A DNA stretch of 64,000 nucleotides from a virus (lineage: Duplodnaviria > Caudoviricetes): IMG/VR virus record IMGVR_UViG_3300011423_000006, positions 32,001-96,000 of that record; one strand, given 5' to 3'. The notes under the pieces were generated by a model that saw only the letters and a list, made by a program, of their open reading frames with translations, had not been told where the DNA came from and did not search any database. Of this stretch, positions 8,699 through 17,627 are shown one piece after another. The translations under genes and the position numbers were made by a program. Within the stretch, counting starts at the first letter, position 1. Each line of letters opens with the position of its first letter.

Positions 8699-9829
8699 TT
8701 ATCCTACCGAAACTTCTCCCTTAATCGCTGGATGGCTCTCATAACCGTCAATTCGAATATCTTCAAATCTAAAATCAAAAATATTATTCACCTTGGGATT
8801 TAACCAAAGCTTCGGGAGTTGCATCGGCTCGCGAGTTAATTGTTCTTTTACTTGATCTAAATGATTCTGATAAATATGCAAATCGCCATAGGTATGAACA
8901 AATTCGCCCGGAATCATCCCTACCGCATGGGCAACCATGCTTGTGAGTAGACCGTAACTAGCGATATTAAATGGCACGCCTAAAAAAGTATCGCATGATC
9001 TTTGATATAACAAGCAATTAAGACGCCGTTTAGGAATACCAAGCTTATCACATTCTATTTCCCAAATTTCTGAATCAACTCCATTTAAAAGACCAATCTT
9101 AATATATTCATGTTTATTAGCCGCGATAATAATTCTTTCTTCTGCGGTTAATTCCTCCGTATTAAAATGAAATAAACAATGACACGGCGGCAAGGCGCAA
9201 TGATCTACCCAATAGGGATGCCACGCACTAACAATCATGCGACGATCATCTGGATTGGTTTTAAGCTTGTCGATAACTTTTTGAAGTTGGTCAACAGTTT
9301 TGACAAATTCAATCTTACCCCGTTGAATATTGTCTCCTATATAATTATTATCAATAATAGGGTTTGGGTTTCCATAAGGAAACGCCCTCCACATTTGACC
9401 ATAAGTGCCTTGTCCTAAGTTACCATGTTCTTTTACAAAATCTTGGTCGCTAGAAAGAGTTTTAAGGTAATGGATGAATTTATCTTTTGATAATGGCACT
9501 CCACTAATATCAGTCCAATCATCACGAACCAATCCCTGTTTAACTTTTTCGGTATATCGCCTATAGCAATCCCCATTCCAAATATTACACCCGTTATCGA
9601 CCAAATATTTAATATTAGTGTCGCCCTTAATAAACCACAATAATTCATGAATAATAGCTTTAACTGCCATTTTCTTGGTTGTTAATAAAGGAAAGCCCTC
9701 CTGCAAATTAAATCGCGCTTGTGCCCCGAATACTCCTATAGTATTCATCCCGGTCCTATTTTTCTTGACGCGCCCCTTTTCTAAAATAAGACGCAACAAT
9801 CTTTGATATTCTAGGTCTGTGTTATTCAT
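8699..9829 (-). CDS. thyA: thymidylate synthase
   Basis: FPLLTTKK, ELLWFIKG, ALPPCH, YQRSCD.FLGVPFNIASY and GDLHIY.NH motifs. Confidence 0.97.
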   Translation of the reverse strand: MNNTDLEYQRLLRLILEKGRVKKNRTGMNTIGVFGAQARFNLQEGFPLLTTKKMAVKAIIHELLWFIKGDTNIKYLVDNGCNIWNGDCYRRYTEKVKQGLVRDDWTDISGVPLSKDKFIHYLKTLSSDQDFVKEHGNLGQGTYGQMWRAFPYGNPNPIIDNNYIGDNIQRGKIEFVKTVDQLQKVIDKLKTNPDDRRMIVSAWHPYWVDHCALPPCHCLFHFNTEELTAEERIIIAANKHEYIKIGLLNGVDSEIWEIECDKLGIPKRRLNCLLYQRSCDTFLGVPFNIASYGLLTSMVAHAVGMIPGEFVHTYGDLHIYQNHLDQVKEQLTREPMQLPKLWLNPKVNNIFDFRFEDIRIDGYESHPAIKGEVSVG

Positions 9830-10128
9830 TTTACTTCGACCCTATTATATAAATGCTTTAAACGTTCACTATAATCTACTTCGGGCGGCGTAGTCGCTTT
9901 AGCATAAACCGCAAGCGCGTTTTTAATAACTTTTAGTAGCATTTCCTTTTCAATTATATCATCTAATTGGTCTTCAAATCCGTCTTTTACCTTCGCCGCC
10001 GCGCTTAATGTAAAAAAAGAAACATTTGGAAAAAAATCTTGATAATCTTTTTTCGCACATTCAAATCCATATCCCGTAGAAGTTCCTACGATAATTGCCA
10101 TATCGACACTAACATATTTTTCTTTCAT
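9826..10128 (-). CDS. hypothetical protein
   Basis: coupled ORF. Confidence 0.7.
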   Translation of the reverse strand: MKEKYVSVDMAIIVGTSTGYGFECAKKDYQDFFPNVSFFTLSAAAKVKDGFEDQLDDIIEKEMLLKVIKNALAVYAKATTPPEVDYSERLKHLYNRVEVK

Positions 10129-10132
10129 AATT

Positions 10133-10372
10133 TTAAGGCTCTACCCTCACAAAAATTTTATCTCCATTATAAAGCGTTCGCTTCATATAAACGTATTTAT
10201 TTGTCGGCACTCCATCTTTGCTCCATAATTCAATATCTATTACGCCGCTGGCATCTTTTGATTCGCGGCGGATTAAACGATAAACACCCGTTTCATCTTT
10301 AACTACTTTTTTCGATGCAGAACAACTAAAACCCAAAAACAACCAACAAGTAAAAAATATAAAAAATCTCAT
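10133..10372 (-). CDS. putative lipoprotein
   Basis: hydrophobic N-terminus ending LGFSC. Confidence 0.55.
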   Translation of the reverse strand: MRFFIFFTCWLFLGFSCSASKKVVKDETGVYRLIRRESKDASGVIDIELWSKDGVPTNKYVYMKRTLYNGDKIFVRVEP

Positions 10373-10584
10373 TCTATTTTATATCCAAGTTGATATAACC
10401 CCGCCAAAATTACTTCATCCTTTAAATCCGCGCTAAATCCAAAAAAATCCCAAACCCAATCTTCGGCTTCCGCGTTAATCTTGTATTTTTTCTGGAATTT
10501 CTCATAAACCTTGTTGCGTTTTTTTTCTAATTGTTGAAATTCCTTGACGGCTTTTTTCAAAGCTTTTTTCGAAATAATTTTCAT
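10369..10584 (-). CDS. hypothetical protein
   Basis: coupled ORF. Confidence 0.7.
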   Translation of the reverse strand: MKIISKKALKKAVKEFQQLEKKRNKVYEKFQKKYKINAEAEDWVWDFFGFSADLKDEVILAGLYQLGYKIE

Positions 10585-11105
10585 ACTTCAATTAGCTTCC
10601 CATTCATTAAAGTTTTAATGCCCAAAGCTTTTTCTATTGGGCGCACATTTACTTCGGCCTCGGCAAACATACTTAGTGAACGCTGTAAGCTTTCCGTCCA
10701 TCTACCCAAATATTCTTCGTGTTGTTTTGCTTGCCAGTCTGAATGAAAAGCTATTTCTTTAACCCCGGATTGAATAATAGCGCGAGCACAATCCGAACAA
10801 GCAATACCGTTTGTAAATAAATATGCGTCTTTAGTTGAAATTCCTTCTTTTGCACAAGAATAAATAGCGTTACGTTCAGCGTGTTCGTAATAATTATATT
10901 TTTCTGGTCTTTCGTTCCTAGCAGACGGCCAATAATTTACTCCCTGTGGCAAGCCATTATAACCCGACGAAATAATACGATTGTTTTTAACAATGACCGC
11001 GCCAATTTTAGTAGATTTATCTCGCGACTTTGACCCAATCAAATATACATGCCTAAGAAACAATTCGTCCCAAGACATTGTATTATCATCATAATTTAGC
11101 TCCAT
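10581..11105 (-). CDS. dCMP deaminase
   Basis: KIGAVIV, GYNG.P, HAERNAI and C..C zinc motifs. Confidence 0.93.
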   Translation of the reverse strand: MELNYDDNTMSWDELFLRHVYLIGSKSRDKSTKIGAVIVKNNRIISSGYNGLPQGVNYWPSARNERPEKYNYYEHAERNAIYSCAKEGISTKDAYLFTNGIACSDCARAIIQSGVKEIAFHSDWQAKQHEEYLGRWTESLQRSLSMFAEAEVNVRPIEKALGIKTLMNGKLIEV

Positions 11106-11106
11106 A

Positions 11107-11289
11107 TTAATTTAACCACCTAATTAAAAATGTTACCGGCATGGTAATTGGCCAAAATAAACAATTTGCAACAAAAACCAAAGCCATCATCCACCATTTC
11201 ATAGCGCCGGTAATTGTTGCGTAAATAAAAGAACTAAACCCCCAAACCGCACCAATTACCAAATAAACTCCTAGTAATAAATAAATCAT
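11107..11289 (-). CDS. small membrane protein
   Basis: two hydrophobic segments, LFWP motif. Confidence 0.6.
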   Translation of the reverse strand: MIYLLLGVYLVIGAVWGFSSFIYATITGAMKWWMMALVFVANCLFWPITMPVTFLIRWLN

Positions 11290-11293
11290 AAAA

Positions 11294-11824
11294 TTATTTC
11301 TTTGAACTGCCAAAACCCCCGTCCGCTCGCTTTGTCTCCCCTAACTCGTTAACAAATTCAAACTCCAAACTAACATTGTCCCGGCCCTTCATTTGAGCAA
11401 TCGCATCTCCATTTTTATAAATTTTTTCAATATTAATCCATCCCATAATTCCTTGAAACGGAACAACACGTAAATCTTCTGGTTGCCAGATATAACGGAA
11501 ACGACACAAAATCTCTCCTGTATAACCCGTATCAATCGTTCCCACACTATTACAAAGTAATAAATTATATTTAGAAAGCGAGGACCGAGGGAAAATCTCA
11601 ATATGCTTTTCTGCTTCAGGGGTCCAAAACAAATTAGTTCTATATTCAATAAAATCTACTCGTCTCCAAAGCCCTTTTGCTTCCCCGTTTTTTATTAATT
11701 TTCCTTCTTCATTTACTCCTGTTACCAACGGGTCTAAAACAGTAAAAATATCATACCCCGCATCATCATCATGCGCCCGCTCGGGAATTCTGATTCCATC
11801 AATATTCTTTAATAATAATTTCAT
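11294..11824 (-). CDS. dut: dUTPase (trimeric)
   Basis: AGYDI, PRSS, GTID.GY.GEI, IAQ and R..GGFGS motifs. Confidence 0.95.
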   Translation of the reverse strand: MKLLLKNIDGIRIPERAHDDDAGYDIFTVLDPLVTGVNEEGKLIKNGEAKGLWRRVDFIEYRTNLFWTPEAEKHIEIFPRSSLSKYNLLLCNSVGTIDTGYTGEILCRFRYIWQPEDLRVVPFQGIMGWINIEKIYKNGDAIAQMKGRDNVSLEFEFVNELGETKRADGGFGSSKK

Positions 11825-12171
11825 TTGTTATGTAAAAATACTCTTGCTATTAATTCGCCTCTACGAATTTCACATTTATCTCTCGGTCCAAAAAACCCAT
11901 TAAACGCGTTCGCCGGTTCAAGCGGACTATTGTTTTGCAATAAAATCCATTTACTATCTTCATCCTCATTAAAATTATGATTTAAAAGAAAAATGTTCTT
12001 TTTTAAGGATAAATCATAATCCGGTAATATGCAAACAATTTTTTCGGGTTTAAAAACAGACTTTAAAAAAATCTGAATTGTCTTGCCCGGATAAATTAAA
12101 AATGAATTTAAAGACGTAATATATCCTTTGCTTTTGTCAGGAGTCAGAGCAAACACGCCAAATTCATTCAC
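11821..12171 (-). CDS. degenerate dUTPase-like protein
   Basis: I.PG and L.N.S...IRRGELIA resemble the dUTPase scaffold, but the catalytic motifs are missing. Confidence 0.5.
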   Translation of the reverse strand: MNEFGVFALTPDKSKGYITSLNSFLIYPGKTIQIFLKSVFKPEKIVCILPDYDLSLKKNIFLLNHNFNEDEDSKWILLQNNSPLEPANAFNGFFGPRDKCEIRRGELIARVFLHNK

Positions 12172-12222
12172 TACACCAACTTTAAATCAATTTACAAAAA
12201 AACACAAGAAAAAACTTTTAAC

Positions 12223-12251
12223 TTGATTTTTAAAGAAAAACTAAATAAGAT
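12223..12251 (+). promoter_or_regulatory. sigma70-like promoter driving the non-coding region
   Basis: TTGATT-17nt-TAAGAT. Confidence 0.65.
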
Positions 12252-12257
12252 GTTTAA

Positions 12258-12810
12258 TGAATGCGAAAGGTCCGACCCCTTAGCATCAAATTGATCTTTG
12301 ATACAGAAAGTAGCTGAAACGCAATCTGCAAATAAATTCTGGGCTGGTTTAAAACCTTTTAAAGTTTTAAGTTACAGGGAATGAGTAGAGGAAACGGCAA
12401 AAAGTGAAAGCATTTATGCAAGTAGCGAGCCTTGATTATCTTGGTTTAAAACCCAATTTAATGAACGTTAAGACACTAAAGCCCGTAAAAAGAACTCCAA
12501 CAATGCGAAAGCAAGGTTACTTCGGGAGCATGGCGACCTCTGAGTTGGATGCCGTTGAATAACTAATCAAACGGTTTTTACCCCGTAAGGGGCCTGTACT
12601 CGAAAAAACTCTTAAAAATCCCACTTTCTAAAGACAAAGATTAATACATAACTTATTGACACTCAAGCGAGCGTAACCCTTAAAACGGTGAAGCGAATGG
12701 GAGAAGCGGGTTCAATAAGCCGTGAGATATTTAGTCTTAAAGAGGCTTCTTAATAGGATTTTTCTATTCCTCCCTCGAAATAGTATTCACTATGGAGTTA
12801 AGAGTTTAAT
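12258..12810 (+). ncRNA. large structured ncRNA candidate (~550 nt), class unknown
   Basis: no ORF of 60 aa or more; nested helices TACAGG/CCTGTA, GTAAAAA/TTTTTAC, TCCAAC/GTTGGA, AAACTCTTAA/TTAAGAGTTT, CTTATTGA/TCAATAAG; GAAA, GTAA and cTTCGg tetraloops; own promoter. Confidence 0.7.
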
Positions 12811-12900
12811 CATTTTTAATTCCAAACCATTGTACTTGAATATTTTAATAATTTGAATTTAATAATGAGCCAAATTGTGTGTACTAATTCAAAATAAGTG

Positions 12901-12929
12901 TTGATTTAAAATTATAAATCGTTTAATAT
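12901..12929 (+). promoter_or_regulatory. sigma70-like promoter for the rnhA operon
   Basis: TTGATT-17nt-TAATAT, 9 nt before the ATG. Confidence 0.6.
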
Positions 12930-12938
12930 TATTCAATA

Positions 12939-13361
12939 ATGAAAGTCGTAGATATCTATACCGATGGGTCTAGAAATTATAACGCTACAATTACATCTTG
13001 GGGGTTTGTTGTATTGGACTCAGGGGCAATTATTGAAGAAAGAAATGGAATTCTAACTGGTCCAATTACTATTATGTATCAAATCGGAGGCGAATGCCAA
13101 GCTGTAATAGAAGCTTTAAAATATTGTAAACAAAATAATTTTAAATGCGATATTTATTTTGATTATATTGGCCTTAAATGTTGGGTAAACGATTTGTTCG
13201 GAGAGAAGCCTTGGCAAACCAAAAACCAATGGACCAAAGCATATCGCGAGGAACTTTTATCTCTAAAAGAATTTTTGAATAATATGATAAAAGTGAAGGG
13301 ACATAGTAATAACGAATTTAATGAGTATGCTGATTTATTAGCGAAAAAAGCTCTTGAATGA
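12939..13361 (+). CDS. rnhA: ribonuclease HI
   Basis: IYTDGS, GE..A, IYFDY and KVKGHS....NE.AD.LAK motifs. Confidence 0.93.
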   Translation: MKVVDIYTDGSRNYNATITSWGFVVLDSGAIIEERNGILTGPITIMYQIGGECQAVIEALKYCKQNNFKCDIYFDYIGLKCWVNDLFGEKPWQTKNQWTKAYREELLSLKEFLNNMIKVKGHSNNEFNEYADLLAKKALE

Positions 13362-13759
13362 ATAGAAAATATAGATTACGAAAGCTTGATTATAGTTATT
13401 TGGATACTTGGATAACTAGAAGCAAAGAATTGAAAAAATTAAAAATAACAACTTACACCGAGTATTTAAAATCTAGTATTTGGAAGGAAATTAAAGACAA
13501 GGCACAAACTAGGCCCCATTATCAAAAATGCTTTCTCTGCGGTTCTTTTGAAAATATTGAATTGCACCATAGAAGATATAAATTTTTACATTTATCAATT
13601 TTAAGAAATATTATTCCGTTATGTGAGAACCATCATGAACAAGTCCATAGTTTGGCTAAAACCAAACAAATGAGCGTTGGAAGGGCAACCGGAAAAATTA
13701 TCAAACGATGGAAAAAAGAAGGAAACAAACTTTCTTGGACTAATAAGGAGAATTTATGA
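13358..13759 (+). CDS. HNH endonuclease
   Basis: CxxC...LHH..Y...LC..HH..VH. Confidence 0.85.
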   Translation: MNRKYRLRKLDYSYLDTWITRSKELKKLKITTYTEYLKSSIWKEIKDKAQTRPHYQKCFLCGSFENIELHHRRYKFLHLSILRNIIPLCENHHEQVHSLAKTKQMSVGRATGKIIKRWKKEGNKLSWTNKENL

Positions 13760-14352
13760 TTATAGGAATAGCCGGGGTCGCGACATGTGGAAAAAACTTG
13801 TTCGCCACAAAATTAAAAGAAAAACTAACTAAAAAAGGACTAATTTGTAACGAATATTCTTTTGCACGACAACTAAGGGTGGAATTAGCTCCTGTTTTAA
13901 AGACAAATTTTGATTTAGATGTTTGGTCCCAAGATATTAAAGAAAAACAAAAATTCCGGGCGCTTATGACGGTTTGGGCGGATATTCATCGGAAGGAAAC
14001 TAGGGGCGCGTATTTTTGGAAGAAAACTCAAGAATTAATTAAATCCGAAGGTAATGAAAAAAATATAAATATCATTACAGATTTGCGTTTTGCTGAATAT
14101 GAAGGAACTGATGAAATAGATTTTGTTCGAAAAAATGGAGTGGCGATTCATCTTCGTAAATATGAAATTGTGCGTGGGAAAAAGATTTTTGTAAAACCCG
14201 CTAATGATTTTGAAAAATTTAACGATCCTTTAGTTAAGAAGGGCGCGAATATTAGAATAGATTGGCCAGATGCGCGAAAAGTTCCTTATTCCGTTGATTT
14301 GGATAGTTATGTAGACCAATTCATTCACAAATATGAACGAAGCTTTAAATGA
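13756..14352 (+). CDS. deoxynucleoside monophosphate kinase
   Basis: IIGIAG....GK, SFA..L and IITDLRF.E motifs. Confidence 0.85.
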   Translation: MIIGIAGVATCGKNLFATKLKEKLTKKGLICNEYSFARQLRVELAPVLKTNFDLDVWSQDIKEKQKFRALMTVWADIHRKETRGAYFWKKTQELIKSEGNEKNINIITDLRFAEYEGTDEIDFVRKNGVAIHLRKYEIVRGKKIFVKPANDFEKFNDPLVKKGANIRIDWPDARKVPYSVDLDSYVDQFIHKYERSFK

Positions 14353-14728
14353 TGTAAAATTTACTCCTTTGTACGCAGTTACAACTTTGATTCCGGTCAC
14401 AATTAAAAAAAGTTTTTTAACTGCTCATACGTTCGATCCTAGTTTGGGCGAAGGATTTGAATATATGTTTTGTTCTATTTTTAGTAAAATGGATGGGAAA
14501 TATGGAGTAAGTCATGCGTGGGAAAATGTGACCGTTGAGAACGCGCCTCCAATTCTGATAGAAGAATTTTACGAACCAAAAGATGTTCGACAAGCGGTTT
14601 ATGCTTTTAGTGCGCCCGGAAGAATTTTTGATATTATCGATTTTCAAGTCTTGGAATTTGAAAGAAAAGAAGTCAATTTTGATGGGTTAAATAATTTGTT
14701 ATATGAGTGGTCTAAAATTATCCGATGA
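14333..14728 (+). CDS. hypothetical protein
   Basis: 131-aa ORF within the operon. Confidence 0.65.
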   Translation: MNEALNDVKFTPLYAVTTLIPVTIKKSFLTAHTFDPSLGEGFEYMFCSIFSKMDGKYGVSHAWENVTVENAPPILIEEFYEPKDVRQAVYAFSAPGRIFDIIDFQVLEFERKEVNFDGLNNLLYEWSKIIR

Positions 14729-15290
14729 AAAATTAGTTGAATTAATTCAAACAGAAAAATCCGACGAAGCGTTGCAAATTTTAATACAACGACATGGAGC
14801 GTTGTGCATTAACATTTTACAAAGATATTCTCTAGCTTTAACCGAGCGGGGACTTAATATGCAAGATGTTTATAGTGATAAAAACTATCTTATTTATAAA
14901 GCCGCTTTAGGTTTTAAAAGTGGAAAGAAAAATAGAATTTCGACTTGGATTGGTAGTTATACTCGTTATTACTGTCTAACTTTGTTAAGTAAGAAGGAGC
15001 CGTTTTTAGAAAAGGGTTTGTATTCTGTTTATTTTGAGACGTTTAAAGCATCTTCACCGGATGATGAATCTATAGATCGTATTTTTAATATTTTATCATT
15101 AATAAAAGACGAACGGATTAATAAGATTTTTCGCTTGCGCTATTCCAGCCCCGGAAAAAGAAAGGTTTCATGGAAGGAAATTGGGAAAACTCTCGGATTA
15201 TCTTCACAAACTATTATTAATTTACATAAACGAGGGGTTAAGTTATTACAAAAGAGATTAAAAAACGAAGAAATATTTGACAAGATTTAA
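14703..15290 (+). CDS. phage sigma70-family RNA polymerase sigma factor
   Basis: region 2 (LI.RH...AA..F......STWI) and region 4 HTH (LRY...SWKEIG..LGLS). Confidence 0.85.
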   Translation: MSGLKLSDEKLVELIQTEKSDEALQILIQRHGALCINILQRYSLALTERGLNMQDVYSDKNYLIYKAALGFKSGKKNRISTWIGSYTRYYCLTLLSKKEPFLEKGLYSVYFETFKASSPDDESIDRIFNILSLIKDERINKIFRLRYSSPGKRKVSWKEIGKTLGLSSQTIINLHKRGVKLLQKRLKNEEIFDKI

Positions 15291-15324
15291 AAAAGGAATT
15301 AATATAATAACATAGGTAAATTTT

Positions 15325-15618
15325 ATGGCAGAAAAAAAGCAAAGCATTGGGGCTCTATGGAGCCGAAACGGACAAAACGGTGAATTTCTCTCAGGGGACG
15401 TTACTATTAATGGACAAAAGACGGAAATCGTTGTTTTTCAAAATACATACAAGCAAGAGGGCGAAAAGACCCCAGATTGGCGTATTTATGTTTCGGAACC
15501 GCGAGCGAATAGTAATCCCGCTCCGAAGACTGTTGCAAAAGGCAAGGCCCCGGCAAAGAAGCCTTCTCGTCCGGTTGCTGAAGAACCCGATTTGAGCAAC
15601 GAAAATGTTGATGTTTAA
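15325..15618 (+). CDS. DUF736-like small protein, possible ssDNA-binding protein
   Basis: IGALW...FLSG...N..K....PDWRI plus basic linker and acidic tail; promoter TTGACA-17-TAATAT at 15277-15305. Confidence 0.6.
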   Translation: MAEKKQSIGALWSRNGQNGEFLSGDVTINGQKTEIVVFQNTYKQEGEKTPDWRIYVSEPRANSNPAPKTVAKGKAPAKKPSRPVAEEPDLSNENVDV

Positions 15619-15620
15619 TT

Positions 15621-15854
15621 GTGAAAAGACACAATAACCCTAATTATTTAGCGTCGATTGACCCAAGGCATCCGAAACTTTCTATTGGTCAATTTAGTGC
15701 CCGTTCTAAACGAAAAAACGCCCGCAATAGACTGCCTATTGAAACAGCTAAAAATATATTTAAGTTTAGTGACGGACAAGAATATATGCGAATGCCTGAC
15801 GGTCAATTAGTTAGGGTGACTCAAGTAGAAAATCCAGAAAAAAATGCAATTTAA
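15621..15854 (+). CDS. hypothetical basic protein
   Basis: ORF fills the gap between neighbours. Confidence 0.55.
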   Translation: MKRHNNPNYLASIDPRHPKLSIGQFSARSKRKNARNRLPIETAKNIFKFSDGQEYMRMPDGQLVRVTQVENPEKNAI

Positions 15855-16926
15855 CTTAGAACTACCCATAAATAGTACTTCGTTCGGACAAGTTTCTACT
15901 TGTATCCTACGGGAAATTTATGCAAGAGGGCTTCAGCCAAATTTGTTCCCCATCGGTCAAGTTGATCTTCAATCTCAACAAGTTCCAGAAGATTTTGGAC
16001 GATGGCTACAAAGCTGTATTAATAAGGGGGCGCGTTTATACAAACGTTCCCAACCTACTTTTCGGCTTTGGCATTTAAATGGCTCGCATTCAAGGCTAAG
16101 TGACAAAACGGTTTTATTAACTTTTTACGAAACTGATAATCCCACCGAAACAGAATTAAACATTATTAAAAATACTGATAAAGTATTATTCACTTCTAAT
16201 TATACAGCGGAAGTTTTTCGCGATTACGGGGCTGATAATGTTGGTTTTTTGCCGTTAGCTTTTGATAAATGGAATTTTGGAAGAAAGGCAACGCCTTATC
16301 TAAAAGATAAAATTGTTTTTAATATTGTTGGGAAATTTGAGCATCGCAAACGGCATGAGAAGGTGGTTAAAACTATTGTTAAAAAATGGGGAAATGATGG
16401 TAATTATCATTTTCAATTAGCAATTTATAATCCTTTTTTCAAGCCCGAAGATAATCAAAAATTATTTGCTCAACTAGTGGAAGGAAAAAATTATTGGAAC
16501 GTTCAGTTTCTTGGTTTTATGCCTCAAAATCAACTTTATAATGATTATTTAAACTCAGCTAATGTAATTCTTGGCATGTCTGGAGGCGAAAATTGGGGAT
16601 TGCCTGAGTTCCATTCGGTCGCAATGGGAAAACACGCGGTTATTCATAATTGTGGCGGATACAAAGAATGGGCTAATAATGAAAACAGTGTTTTAGTTAA
16701 TTCGAATTCTAAAATTCCTGCTTATGATGGAGCTTTTTTTCAGCAAGGGGCTCCTTTTAATCAAGGAAACTTTTTCGAATTTGACGAAGATGCTTTTATT
16801 GCAGGGGTGGAAAAAGCTATCGAGCGAGTTAAAATCAATCCTGTTAATACTGAAGGACTCAAGCTCCAAGATAAATTTACATGGGAAAAAATTGTTGATC
16901 AAATTATAATTTATTTACATGAATAA
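15844..16926 (+). CDS. GT-B (GT4-like) glycosyltransferase
   Basis: GKFEHRK and S.GENWGLPEF motifs. Confidence 0.85.
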   Translation: MQFNLELPINSTSFGQVSTCILREIYARGLQPNLFPIGQVDLQSQQVPEDFGRWLQSCINKGARLYKRSQPTFRLWHLNGSHSRLSDKTVLLTFYETDNPTETELNIIKNTDKVLFTSNYTAEVFRDYGADNVGFLPLAFDKWNFGRKATPYLKDKIVFNIVGKFEHRKRHEKVVKTIVKKWGNDGNYHFQLAIYNPFFKPEDNQKLFAQLVEGKNYWNVQFLGFMPQNQLYNDYLNSANVILGMSGGENWGLPEFHSVAMGKHAVIHNCGGYKEWANNENSVLVNSNSKIPAYDGAFFQQGAPFNQGNFFEFDEDAFIAGVEKAIERVKINPVNTEGLKLQDKFTWEKIVDQIIIYLHE

Positions 16927-17137
16927 TATTGAATTTATTGATCAATCTCAGGGAACTTCACCGGCTGTAGTTATCCAGTATAAAAATGGACAGATAAATA
17001 TCTCTCCTATTACTCCTGAAGCTGTAAATTGGAATGATAAACAATTTCAGGATTTTATAATTGATTTGTTTAAACAACAAAACTACTTTCCTGAAAAGGT
17101 AGCATTTAGTTTTGCAATTCTAGCGAAAGAATTATAA
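16919..17137 (+). CDS. hypothetical protein
   Basis: ORF within the operon. Confidence 0.6.
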   Translation: MNNIEFIDQSQGTSPAVVIQYKNGQINISPITPEAVNWNDKQFQDFIIDLFKQQNYFPEKVAFSFAILAKEL

Positions 17138-17530
17138 ATGCCTCTTTACGAATTTATTAACGATAAAACAGGCGAGCGAAAACAAATCATCATGGGAATG
17201 AATGATGAACACGTTTATAAAGATGACTCAGGTTATCAATGGACGCGTGTTTTCTTTGCCCCGAACGCGGCGGTTGATACTAAAATTGATCCTTTTAGCG
17301 CCCGAGATTTTTCCGAAAAGACGGGCCGGAAGAAAGGAAGCATCGGAAATATTTGGGACGAAGCTCAAGAAGCCAGCCACAAAAGAGAGAAAATCATTGG
17401 GATTGATCCAGTTAAAGAAAATTATTATAAAAACTATAGTAAAAAGCGCAAAAATAAAGAGCACCAAGACGTAAGAAAGAAAAAAGTCAAAGACGATTTA
17501 TCCAAATCCGGTGTTCAAATCGAATGGTAA
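17138..17530 (+). CDS. FmdB-like protein lacking the zinc cysteines
   Basis: MPLYEF N-terminus, W.RVF.AP. Confidence 0.6.
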   Translation: MPLYEFINDKTGERKQIIMGMNDEHVYKDDSGYQWTRVFFAPNAAVDTKIDPFSARDFSEKTGRKKGSIGNIWDEAQEASHKREKIIGIDPVKENYYKNYSKKRKNKEHQDVRKKKVKDDLSKSGVQIEW

Positions 17531-17627
17531 GCTACACATTCGGTTCTTCTAAAATCCAAAAAATATAAAAATTGGTTTTATCATTTACTTAAAGCCAAAA
17601 AGAATGTAATATTAGTATATTGAAATT

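Noticed and set aside
12386-12400. RNase P RNA (GAGGAAA)
   Set aside because: It continues CGGC rather than GUCC, and I found no matching 3' P4 strand.
12717-12748. group II intron domain V-like hairpin AAGCCG...GGCTT
   Set aside because: No GUGYG 5' end, no clear domain VI/AY end, no interrupted gene or RT. The hairpin also competes with other helices.
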